Source of the DNA: an uncultured Bacteroidales bacterium | Lineage (GTDB): Bacteria > Bacteroidota > Bacteroidia > Bacteroidales > JAADJA01 | DNA: 64,000 bases | NCBI GenBank assembly: GCA_963761195.1 | Contig: CAVXGA010000009.1 | Coordinates: 270,747 to 334,746, forward strand | Direction of reading: 5' to 3' | Part shown: positions 1 through 8,724 of the stretch, piece after piece | How positions within the stretch are numbered: position 1 is the first letter of the stretch | Layout: each line of letters starts with the position of its first letter | The notes under the pieces: model-generated | Seen by the model: the letters and a program-made list of their open reading frames with translations, nothing else | Told to the model about the DNA's origin: nothing | Database searches by the model: none | Program-made: the position numbers and the translations under genes

Positions 1-651
1 CGCTCTGTGAAATCCAGCAGTGCATCAATTCCTTTTACACCGCTACCTGCCGTTGTTAATGTCGGTGATTGTGAAATTGTATTAACTCTGATTCTTTTTT
101 CCCGGCCATAAATGTAACCGAAACTTCTTGCAATGGATTCAAGAAGAGCTTTGGCATCTGCCATATCATTATAGCCGTAAAGCGTTCGCTGGGCTGCAAT
201 ATAGGAAAGTGCAACGACACTCCCCCATTCGCTGATTGCATCGAATTTATAGCATGTTTGTAAAAGCTTATGGAAGGACAATGCAGAAATATCAAGTGTT
301 TTCTGAAAGTAATCGTAACGGAGATCGCTGTAAACCCTTTTTTTTCTGACATTTAATGACATGCCAATGGAATGCAGAATAAAATCTACCTGTCCTCCCA
401 ATATCTCCATTGATTTTTTTATCAGATTTTCGAGGTCTTCCGGACTGGTAGCATCTGCTGGTATCACTTCTGCCTTGCATTTAACAGCAAGTTCATCCAA
501 CTCACCAAAGCGCAGTGCGGTTGGAGTATTCGTCAAAGTAAAAACAGCACCCTCCTCATATGCTTTTTCAGCAACCTTCCAGGCTATTGAACGATGATCG
601 AGAGCTCCGAATATTATTCCTTTTTTCCCTTTTAAAAGATTATAAGTCATT
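1..651 (-). pseudogene. fabI: Enoyl-[acyl-carrier-protein] reductase FabI. The 3' end is cut by the window edge, and the frame is broken by an apparent extra base near 600-601.
   Basis: Manual translation from the ATG at 651-649 gives MTYNLLKGKKGIIFGAL. The frame must then slip by one base (minus-strand CTCC, + strand GG at 600-601) to continue DHRSIAWKVAEKAYEEG...HSIGMSLNVRKKRVYSDL...YIAAQRTLYGYNDMADAKALLESIARSFGYIYG...VNTISQSPTLTTAGSGVKG, a typical FabI sequence. It is absent from the ORF track because it runs off the edge. Confidence 0.85.
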
Positions 652-722
652 TGTGGTTTCTTAATTTTTTAGTTTATGAAAACTGATCAATTAATTATTC
701 ATCCTTTCATTTTTCGAATAAA

Positions 723-2375
723 TCATTTGAGCAAATGTTTTGCGGATTCAACAGATGAGGGAGTTATTTCCTGTCCACTCAACATCTTTGCAATTTCCAG
801 GACACGCTCATCATTTTGCAAAAGCTGGATTTCAGTTTTTGTCGATTCATCTTCCACAACCTTGTAAACAAAATAATGACTATCTCCTTTGCCTGCTATT
901 TGAGGTAAGTGCGTAATTGCCAGTACCTGCATGGAAGAGGACAGCTTTACCAGAATATTCCCTACCATATCAGCCACTGCTCCCGAAACCCCCATATCGA
1001 TTTCATCAAAGATTACAGTCGGCAGAAGGTTTCTTTGTGATATAAGGGATTTAATAGCAAGCATCAACCGCGAAAACTCCCCTCCTGATGCAACCTTCGC
1101 AATTTCCTGAAGGTCTCCTCCCCTGTTTGCATTGAAAAGAAACTTTATAGTATCGATTCCGTCTTTTCCTGGATTATCCATCAATTTATGCAGGATTTGA
1201 AACCTGGCGTAGGGCATTCCCAAATGCACTAATGAACTCTCTATCTCTGAATTAATAGGTTGAAAAACTCCTTGTCTTTTCTCCGATATGGCATTGGCTT
1301 TTTCAGTGATTTCCAATTCCATTGAATGAACTTCCTTTTGAACAGCTTCAATCTGATGCTGCAAAGAAGCAATATCACTAAGCTTTTTAGAAAATTCACT
1401 TTTAATATTTAAAAGATCTTCAACTGTCTGGACACGATGTTTATTCTGCAGCTGATAGATAAGATCAAGCCTTTCATTGATCAGCCTTATCCGATCAGGG
1501 TCGTAGTTGATAACCGATTCAACTTTCCTGATTTCATTAACAATATCATTAAGCTCAATATAACTGCTATCGATCCGGTCTCCGATAGTCTTAATATCCT
1601 CACGATACTTTGATATTTGATTTAAACTGTTACGGACAGCAGAAATCCGGTCCAGAACATTGGAATCACTCCCATTAAGTATTTCAATGGCTGAATAAAG
1701 TGCTGATTTTATATCTTCAGCATGATTAAGAATGTCACGCTCCTGTTCCAGTTCAGGCTGTTCGCTGGGTTTTAAGTTCGATGCCTCGAGTTCATTTACC
1801 AGAAACTGAAAATAATCTTGTTCCGATTTGGATTTGATTTCTGCCTCAATCAATTGATCTAATTCATTTTTTAAGTGATAATAAAGCAGGAACCGTATTT
1901 TGTAATCTTTTACAATTTCAGAAATTCCACTGTAACTATCTACTACGGCAATCTGGAAGGAAGTATCGGATAATGTTACTGTGTTATTCTGCGAATGAAT
2001 ATCAATAAGCTTTTCTCCCAGTTCTTTTAAAACAGTAATTGTGACAGGTGTATCATTAATAAAAGCCCTTGATTTCCCGTTTATTCCTATTTCCCTTCTA
2101 ATAGTTGAATGATCCTCATAGTCAAGATCATTTTCACCAAAAAAAGTCTGGAGGTTGTAATTTCCGATATGAAATACTCCTTCAACAATACACTTTCTCG
2201 ATTTATCGAACAAAACCTGCGTATCAGCCCGGTTCCCGAGGATCAGGTTCAATGCACCCAATAAAATGGATTTACCGGCACCAGTTTCTCCGGTAATTAC
2301 GGTTAGTCCGTCTTTAAAATCAATTTCGAGGTGCCTGATCAGGGCATAATTTTGTATTGATAAATGCGAAAGCAT
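723..2375 (-). CDS. recN: DNA repair protein RecN
   Basis: 550-aa ORF. The N-terminus MLSHLSIQNYALI...ITGETGAGKSILLGAL carries a Walker A motif. It has a long coiled-coil middle and a C-terminal SGGE signature (ASGGEFSRLMLA...VIFDEID). Confidence 0.95.
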   Translation of the reverse strand: MLSHLSIQNYALIRHLEIDFKDGLTVITGETGAGKSILLGALNLILGNRADTQVLFDKSRKCIVEGVFHIGNYNLQTFFGENDLDYEDHSTIRREIGINGKSRAFINDTPVTITVLKELGEKLIDIHSQNNTVTLSDTSFQIAVVDSYSGISEIVKDYKIRFLLYYHLKNELDQLIEAEIKSKSEQDYFQFLVNELEASNLKPSEQPELEQERDILNHAEDIKSALYSAIEILNGSDSNVLDRISAVRNSLNQISKYREDIKTIGDRIDSSYIELNDIVNEIRKVESVINYDPDRIRLINERLDLIYQLQNKHRVQTVEDLLNIKSEFSKKLSDIASLQHQIEAVQKEVHSMELEITEKANAISEKRQGVFQPINSEIESSLVHLGMPYARFQILHKLMDNPGKDGIDTIKFLFNANRGGDLQEIAKVASGGEFSRLMLAIKSLISQRNLLPTVIFDEIDMGVSGAVADMVGNILVKLSSSMQVLAITHLPQIAGKGDSHYFVYKVVEDESTKTEIQLLQNDERVLEIAKMLSGQEITPSSVESAKHLLK

Positions 2376-2402
2376 ATTAAATTACAACTGTAGTTTTGTA
2401 CG

Positions 2403-2410
2403 CAAAAGTA
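2403..2410 (-). promoter_or_regulatory. Bacteroidota -7 promoter box (TACTTTTG on the minus strand) upstream of recN
   Basis: Matches TAnnTTTG and lies 28 nt upstream of the recN ATG. Confidence 0.4.
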
Positions 2411-2533
2411 ATAAAGAATTCAGACATATTCCTGTAAACTCAGCCGCGCCTGAATTAGTCAATTTCAGGTTATTTTGGTATTAAAATTATTATGCTGATT
2501 TATTTATCTGACCAATCAAGTATTCAACCCAAA

Positions 2534-3445
2534 TTAATTCCGCTGTCCCATCTTAGAATACTTTGATGAATTAGCCGGATCAATCTGCTTCATAACAGTT
2601 TGTGCATCCTCTTTTTCTTTAGGATTACACTGACTAAAAATATTTACAATTTCGTCGGATTTTGCATTAAGCATCAGCTGCAGTGCAAATAATCCCGGTT
2701 GCTCATCCGATACTTTTTTAAGGTCATTCAGGCTTTGAAGTATGACACCCCGGCCCTCATCAGGTTTATCAGCCATTACGTCAAGTCCCTTGCGGTGATA
2801 ATTGTACAGAAAGGTTCTAAGTCCAACATAATTTTTGTTGAGATAATTTTCTACAAGCCAGTAACGGTTTCGCTGGTTTTCATATGAATTCCAGCCTTTT
2901 TCGCCCGAATTCTGGGCTACATTTACAATAGCTTCCGCCTTTTGATAATAAGGAGTTCCTCCAAATTCAGAAAAAGAATCGAAATCCAGTCCAAGCACCA
3001 TATATAGGTAATATGCCATTACAGAAGTGAGATTGGAGGTATATTGGCTTTCCTGGAAATCAAGTGGCTCAAATTCTACATAGTCAAATTCAAAATCCTT
3101 GTCAATATAGTTTATAAGCGCTGAATTATAGGCCGAGTTAAAAACAGGACGGCTTGCAACGATGTTAAGGGTGGCTTTGAAACGGTCCACTGAAGGCCGG
3201 TCGGTTATATTTATCAACATGTTGCACTCAATCCGTTCATTGATTTTGAATTCATAATTTGTCCATCGGCGGGAGTTAAGAAACTCGGTCAGGGCAGTTT
3301 GCATGGTTTCATAAACCTTTTTATCGGTTCCCTGTACCTGTTGCGTATTCACCTGGATATTGCAAAGAAACTCCTGTGCCTTGATACCTGCACTATTCAG
3401 CAGGAAAAAACAAACAATCAGCAGATGTTTTACAATCTGTTTCAT
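2534..3445 (-). CDS. DUF4835-family protein (PorD-like), with a signal peptide
   Basis: 303-aa ORF with an N-terminal signal sequence (MKQIVKHLLIVCFFLLNSAGIKAQ). It sits between coaBC and recN, the position the DUF4835 gene typically occupies in Bacteroidota. The family name is recalled from memory, not searched. Confidence 0.6.
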   Translation of the reverse strand: MKQIVKHLLIVCFFLLNSAGIKAQEFLCNIQVNTQQVQGTDKKVYETMQTALTEFLNSRRWTNYEFKINERIECNMLINITDRPSVDRFKATLNIVASRPVFNSAYNSALINYIDKDFEFDYVEFEPLDFQESQYTSNLTSVMAYYLYMVLGLDFDSFSEFGGTPYYQKAEAIVNVAQNSGEKGWNSYENQRNRYWLVENYLNKNYVGLRTFLYNYHRKGLDVMADKPDEGRGVILQSLNDLKKVSDEQPGLFALQLMLNAKSDEIVNIFSQCNPKEKEDAQTVMKQIDPANSSKYSKMGQRN

Positions 3446-3452
3446 AAGGCTT

Positions 3453-4663
3453 TTATTTATCTGATTTCGTTATTAATAAGCTAATTTTATCGGCTATGTC
3501 TTTTGCTACTTCACTTTTCAGCTTTACACCAAATTCTGTTATTTCCCCATTTTTTGTGAGTATCGAGATTTTGTTAGTTGCATAGCCAAATCCGGCACCC
3601 TCATCCTTCAGCGAATTTAAAACGATCAGATCAAGATTTTTATTTTCGAGTTTGGAACGTGCATTTTGAAACTCATTATCAGTTTCAAGAGCAAATCCAG
3701 CTAAAATCTGATTATCCTTTTTCCTTTTTCCAAGCTCTTTAAGAATGTCTGTGGTTTTTTTTAAACGCAAAGTTACCGTAGCGTCCTGTTTCTTAATTTT
3801 ATTTGATTTCTTATGTTCAGGGGTATAATCTGCTACAGCTGCTGCCATTACGGCAATGTGGCATGTGTCAAATTTTTTTGAGCATTCATTGTACATCTCA
3901 GCAGCCGAGTTGACCTTTGTTAACTGAATATTTGGATGATTTATTTGTAAGGAAACCGGTCCTGATACAAGTTCCACATGCGCTCCCCGGTCAGCAAATT
4001 CATTCGCTAAAGCAAAGCCCATCATCCCGGTTGAGAAATTGCCAATAAACCGCACCGGATCGATGGATTCATAGGTAGGCCCAGCTGATATCAGAACATT
4101 AAGATTGGAAAATTCTTTTTTTTTTGAAAAAATTCTTTTAATGTGCGAAGTATGTTCTCAGGTTCCTGCATTCGTCCGGCACCATAAAGGCCACTTGCCA
4201 ATTCACCATCATCAGGTGGAATAAGAATGTTCCCGAAAGATTGGAGCTTTTGTATGTTATCACTTGTAGAAGGGTGATGAAACATATCAACATCCATAGC
4301 AGGGGCAAAAAAAACAGGACATTTAGCTGCAAGATAGGTTGCCGTTAGAAGATTATCGGCAATTCCATTTGCCATTTTACCCATTGTTGTTGCTGTTGCC
4401 GGTGCTATCAGAAGCAAGTCCGGCCAGTTTCCCAGATCAACATGACTGTGCCAGGTTCCATCATCTTTGTCGTAAAATTCACAATAAACCGGATTTCCGG
4501 TTAGAGTCGATAAGGTCAAAGGGGTTACAAAATCTTTGGCAGTCCCGGTAAGTATCACTTTCACTTCCACTCCCTCTTTAACCATCAGCCTTATTAAAAA
4601 TGGGATTTTATAAGCGGCAATACTTCCTGTGATACCAATAAGTATTTTTTTCCCTTTAAGCAT
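3453..4663 (-). pseudogene. coaBC: Bifunctional phosphopantothenoylcysteine decarboxylase / phosphopantothenate-cysteine ligase CoaBC, split into two ORFs at a T10 (minus-strand A10) homopolymer
   Basis: ORF 4091..4663 is the CoaC flavoprotein half (GITGSIAAYK...PAMDVDM). ORF 3453..4055 is the CoaB half. In the CoaB frame, the sequence upstream of the called start reads EFSNLNVLISAGPTYESIDPVRFIGNFSTGMMG, the conserved CoaB entry motif. The two frames meet in the homopolymer at 4116-4125. Confidence 0.9.
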
Positions 4664-4668
4664 GATAA

Positions 4669-5004
4669 CTAAAATTCGTTATCCGTTTTTTTCAGGGGAT
4701 TTCTGTAATAGATTTTATCGTGTGCAAATTCCCACACTGAGATCAGAGTAGATTTAGGCAGTTTTTCGTAAAACCGTGCAATTTCAATCTGTTCCCTGTT
4801 TTCAAATATTTCTTCGAGATTATCCTGGGTTGTAGCGAATTCCTGGATTTTCTGACCCAGTTCTTCTTTCATTTCTATTGATATCTGGTTCGCTCGTTTT
4901 GACAGGATGGCGACGGTTTCATATATATTTCCCGTAGGTGCGTCAAAATCACGGACACGTCTTGTAACCGCTGTGGTTTCTGTTTTAATTTTCTTATAAT
5001 CCAT
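4669..5004 (-). CDS. rpoZ: DNA-directed RNA polymerase subunit omega
   Basis: 111-aa ORF containing IYETVAILSKRANQI. It has the conserved Bacteroidota position between bamD and coaBC. Confidence 0.8.
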   Translation of the reverse strand: MDYKKIKTETTAVTRRVRDFDAPTGNIYETVAILSKRANQISIEMKEELGQKIQEFATTQDNLEEIFENREQIEIARFYEKLPKSTLISVWEFAHDKIYYRNPLKKTDNEF

Positions 5005-5011
5005 ATTTATT

Positions 5012-5821
5012 TTAATTTATTTTTTCTCCTTGTAAATCTTTCATTGCATGATCGTACATATATTTCACGTCATGATTATATTTACTATCCGGATAAAGGG
5101 TAATGAATTCCTGGTAGACATCAACCGCTTCCTGGTATCTTTCTTTCCGTTTCGATTTCACACTCTTTGAAGCGAAATAATAATATGCTTTAATCGAATA
5201 AAACATTGCGTCTTCTTTGTATTTTGTATCCGGGTAATCTTTCAAAAGGCTTTCAAATGAAGTAACAGCAGCTTTGTATTTCTCCATTTTAAGATAAAGC
5301 CTGGCGATTTCAAAATCTTTAAGCTGTAACTTTTCCCTTAGTTCATCAATCAGTTCGTTACTTTGCTTCACCCTTTCGCTGTGCGGGTAAGTGTTTATAA
5401 AAACCTGCAATTCCTGAATCGCCTGTTTGGTGTTTGTTTGATCCAATTCATAAGGCGGTGAATCTAAGTATTTACAATAGGCGGCCATAAAAGCACATTC
5501 TTCCGCTTTGTCACTTCTTGGAAATGTTTTTGCAAAACGATCGAAATAATAGCTTCCCATTACATATTCCTTCTGGTTGTAGTAAGCGTAGGCATATTTA
5601 TAAGATATGTTTTCAGCCTGATCAGTACCTCTGAAAAAAGGCATTACCTGATCAAAAAGATTCAAAGCCCGATAATAATCCTGATTATCATAATATTCGA
5701 GCGCCTTGTCATACTTGTATTGAAAATCCTGACTCTTTTGTATCTTTGAGTACTTGCTGCACGATAGCAAAGTAATTGAGATAAAAGCAATTGCAGGATA
5801 TTTAATACGTTTTAGAAACAT
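5012..5821 (-). CDS. bamD: Outer membrane protein assembly factor BamD (TPR lipoprotein)
   Basis: 269-aa ORF with a lipoprotein signal and lipobox (ISITLLSC). It has repeated TPR-like YY/A-rich helices and the conserved bamD-rpoZ-coaBC neighbourhood. Confidence 0.85.
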   Translation of the reverse strand: MFLKRIKYPAIAFISITLLSCSKYSKIQKSQDFQYKYDKALEYYDNQDYYRALNLFDQVMPFFRGTDQAENISYKYAYAYYNQKEYVMGSYYFDRFAKTFPRSDKAEECAFMAAYCKYLDSPPYELDQTNTKQAIQELQVFINTYPHSERVKQSNELIDELREKLQLKDFEIARLYLKMEKYKAAVTSFESLLKDYPDTKYKEDAMFYSIKAYYYFASKSVKSKRKERYQEAVDVYQEFITLYPDSKYNHDVKYMYDHAMKDLQGEKIN

Positions 5822-5826
5822 GGGCG

Positions 5827-5834
5827 CAAAATTA
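5827..5834 (-). promoter_or_regulatory. -7 promoter box TAATTTTG (minus strand) directly upstream of bamD
   Basis: Matches TAnnTTTG. Only 5 nt (CGCCC) separate it from the bamD ATG. Confidence 0.4.
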
Positions 5835-5930
5835 CAGTAATTTAATGAAATTTAAAAACGTAATTTACAGGCAATTATTTTTTGTTGAAATTAATTGGGA
5901 ACTAAACTTGGTAATGAATCGAATTAATTA

Positions 5931-5938
5931 TAGTTTTG
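5931..5938 (+). promoter_or_regulatory. -7 promoter box TAGTTTTG upstream of the alpha-oxoamine synthase gene
   Basis: Matches TAnnTTTG and lies 55 nt upstream of the ATG at 5993. It is divergent from the bamD promoter. Confidence 0.4.
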
Positions 5939-5992
5939 CGCGTTTTATTATTGGATAACAATGCTTTAACAAGTATTACAACACATTACGAA

Positions 5993-7240
5993 ATGGATAT
6001 TTTTGATAAAATTGATAAAAGTTCCGGCCCTTTGGGACAGTATATGCAACAAGCCCATGGTTATTATATGTTTCCCAAGCTTGAAGGCCCCATTGGCAAC
6101 AGGATGGTTTTTATGGGTAAAGAAAGGCTGGTTTGGAGCCTGAATAATTACCTGGGTCTGGCAAATCATCCGGAGGTAATGAAAACGGATGCAGAAGCAG
6201 CAGCTAAATGGGGTCTCGCCTATCCGATGGGAGCACGAATGATGTCAGGTCAAACCGTTTACCACGAGGAACTGGAAAATAAACTAGCTGCCTTTGTAAA
6301 AAAAGATGCTGCATACTTGCTGAATTACGGTTACCAGGGAATGGTTTCAATAATTGATACGCTTGTCGACAGACGCGATGTAATTGTTTATGATTCGGAA
6401 GCTCATGCCTGCATCATTGATGGAATGCGCCTGCATTTTGGTAAACGCTTTGTTTACCCGCATAATAATGTTGGAAACCTGGAAAGAGAATTGAACCGGG
6501 CCACCAAGATCACAGAGCAAACAGGTGGTGGTATTTTGGTTATTACAGAAGGCGTTTATGGTATGGCTGGAGATCTTGGTAAACTTAAAGAAATTACAGA
6601 TTTAAAAAATAAATTCAATTTCAGGCTTTTGGTTGACGATGCCCATGGATTCGGAACAATGGGTAAAACCGGTGCAGGAACAGGAGAACATTTGGGTGTT
6701 CAGGATAAAATTGATCTGTACTTTGGTACTTTTGCTAAAGCAATGGCCGGGATTGGAGGTTTTGTTGCCGGAGATAAGAAAGTTATCAATTTTCTGATGT
6801 ATAATATGCGTTCTCAAATCTATGCCAAATCCCTTCCGATGGCCATGGTAGTTGGAGCATTAAAACGCCTTGAAATATTGCAATCACAACCCATACACAA
6901 GGAAAAGCTTTGGGAAATTGTGAATGCCTTGCAATCAGGATTGAAACAAAAAGGATTCAATCTTGGAAATACCGAATCGCCTGTAACTCCTGTATTTTTT
7001 AAGGGGGGTGTACCTGAAGCAACCCACGTTACAAAAGATCTCAGGGAAAATCACAACGTTTTCTGTTCTATTGTTACCTATCCTGTGGTTCCAAAGGGAG
7101 TTATTATGCTTCGGCTTATTCCCACTGCCGTGCATACTCCAGATGACGTTGATTACACAATAAATGCTTTCAGCGTCGTTAAAAAGAATCTTGAGGAAGG
7201 CAAATACTCTGACAGTTTTGCTCATATGGTTGTAGATTAA
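5993..7240 (+). CDS. PLP-dependent alpha-oxoamine synthase family acyltransferase (serine palmitoyltransferase / Kbl / BioF-like)
   Basis: The ORF track starts at a TTG at 5936, but the first ATG (MDIFDKIDK) at 5993 is the more likely start. Family motifs are present: NNYLGLANHPEV, SEAHACIIDG, LVDDAHGFG, and the PLP-lysine motif GTFAKAMAGIGGF. Confidence 0.8.
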   Translation: MDIFDKIDKSSGPLGQYMQQAHGYYMFPKLEGPIGNRMVFMGKERLVWSLNNYLGLANHPEVMKTDAEAAAKWGLAYPMGARMMSGQTVYHEELENKLAAFVKKDAAYLLNYGYQGMVSIIDTLVDRRDVIVYDSEAHACIIDGMRLHFGKRFVYPHNNVGNLERELNRATKITEQTGGGILVITEGVYGMAGDLGKLKEITDLKNKFNFRLLVDDAHGFGTMGKTGAGTGEHLGVQDKIDLYFGTFAKAMAGIGGFVAGDKKVINFLMYNMRSQIYAKSLPMAMVVGALKRLEILQSQPIHKEKLWEIVNALQSGLKQKGFNLGNTESPVTPVFFKGGVPEATHVTKDLRENHNVFCSIVTYPVVPKGVIMLRLIPTAVHTPDDVDYTINAFSVVKKNLEEGKYSDSFAHMVVD

Positions 7241-7260
7241 TGTTTAACTAAATAACATGG

Positions 7261-7291
7261 AACCCGGAAGACTATCATTCCGGGTTTTTTA
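7261..7291 (+). terminator. Rho-independent terminator
   Basis: A perfect 9-bp stem, AACCCGGAA / TTCCGGGTT, followed by a T-run, 20 nt after the stop codon. Confidence 0.8.
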
Positions 7292-7328
7292 TTGAATATC
7301 CCACTTCATGATTTTTCTATAAATTACC

Positions 7329-7336
7329 TACATTTG
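7329..7336 (+). promoter_or_regulatory. -7 promoter box TACATTTG
   Basis: Matches TAnnTTTG and lies 20 nt upstream of the ATG at 7356. Confidence 0.4.
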
Positions 7337-7355
7337 TTGACATATTTAAGCCTGA

Positions 7356-8724
7356 ATGAAAGAAAGTACGCGAAGAAAATTGTTGGGTAAAAGATTTTAC
7401 CCTGTTTACAGGCGAATGAGATTTCTGTCGTACAAGAAAAAAATTCAAAAACACCAGCAGGAAGTTAAAAAAAATGAAATTTTACTTTCCCGGATCGAAG
7501 AAAAAAAGAAAAAAAAGAAAAATAAAAAATCACTGCGTTATAAAATCTATCGTATTTTCAGAATAACCAGGTTTGTTTATAAAAAAAGTAAAATAACGAG
7601 GAAGGATCGCAAAAGAAGATTAATTGAGAAGAAAAATTCACGACAGACTCGAAAAAATTGCAGTTAAAACAAGGATTAAGGAAAAATCTCTTCAGGATAA
7701 GCTGGCTGAAAGAGAATTGAGGTTATCTCTTAAAAAAGAAAAAATTGAGCTCAAACATGAACTCAGAAAAGTCAGGAAGCAGCACATAAAGGCCAATTTC
7801 AAAGCCCTTATGTATGAAATAAGAACATTTAATCGCCAGTCTCTTCGAAGGTGGCTGAATAAGTTAATTGCCATCGGGGAAAACAGAGATAAAAATCATA
7901 ACTTCTTTATAATATCTGTAAATTCTTTTTCCATCTATATTTTATCCTATCTTTTAATCTATTTTCTGGGTCAATTAATAACCATCCTTGTTTCAATAAG
8001 CTTTGATTACAAGACTATCTTTTATTATTATAAAATTTATTACAATATCGATAGCTTTGACTGGACCGCTGATGCTGTTAAAATTCTATTCAGCATTTTA
8101 CCCTTAACCGGTTTGTTGCTGGGTATCATTATGATTATTTTATATAGTATTAAGCGAAACGACATCCGGCTTTACAAACTTTTCTTTCTATGGGGTTTTA
8201 TTCATGGTATGATTTCCTTTTTCGGTGGGCTGTTGCTGGGAACCCTATTAAACAAGGACTTTGGATGGGTAATAGCCTATCTTTATTACCGGGATACAGG
8301 AAAAATGATATTCTCAATCTTTTCTATCTTCTCTCTTGTTGTAATCGGTGTGGTTATTGCAAAATCTTTCCTTATTTCAGGAAATACGTATTTCAATTCT
8401 ATCGGTGATCACAACAGGAAATTCTTTCTGATGAGTCAGATTGTTATTCCATCCATTTTAGGTTCGTTTGTATTGGCATTTCTAAAAATACCGAATGATT
8501 TATATTACAGTTCTATCGATGAAATCCTTTACGAACTTTTAAAACTTGGTACTTTTCTTATTGTAATTATACCACTAATGATATCCTTTGGCAGATTTAA
8601 TGAAATATATTTTGATGAAGAACCCCGTAAAATCAAGCTCAACTGGATTTTTCTATTGTGTGCAGCCGTTTTGATAGCAGCTTTCAGATTCGGATTAAGT
8701 TCAGGCATACATTTCGGCGGATAA
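7356..8724 (+). CDS. Hypothetical polytopic membrane protein with a long Lys/Arg/Glu-rich N-terminal region. As assembled it is two overlapping ORFs (7356..7667 and 7624..8724).
   Basis: Both ORFs encode the same style of K/R/E-rich sequence across the 44-nt overlap. The second frame opens immediately after a stop at 7621-7623 and has only a TTG start. The C-terminal ~270 aa contains about 8 hydrophobic helices. No family was recognised. Confidence 0.5.

Noticed and set aside
4116-4125. The frame breaks (coaBC A10, galK, galM and the others) read as programmed ribosomal frameshifts or phase-variation switches.
   Set aside because: No slippery heptamer with a downstream structure is present. 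The sites are heterogeneous short homopolymers, and they also hit essential genes (rplE, fabI). Systematic indel error is the more economical explanation, and only the A10 tract is kept as an open question.
5936-5992. An upstream TTG start for the alpha-oxoamine synthase (19 extra residues, MRVLLLDNNALTSITTHYE).
   Set aside because: The TTG overlaps the predicted -7 promoter box at 5931-5938. The first ATG at 5993 gives a typical family N-terminus.
7501-7540. A purine-rich A-tract (AAAAAAAGAAAAAAAAGAAAAATAAAAAAT) read as a regulatory or simple-sequence repeat element.
   Set aside because: It is fully explained as coding sequence for the poly-Lys stretch EEKKKKKKNKK. It is noted only as a slippage-prone site under the corresponding finding.
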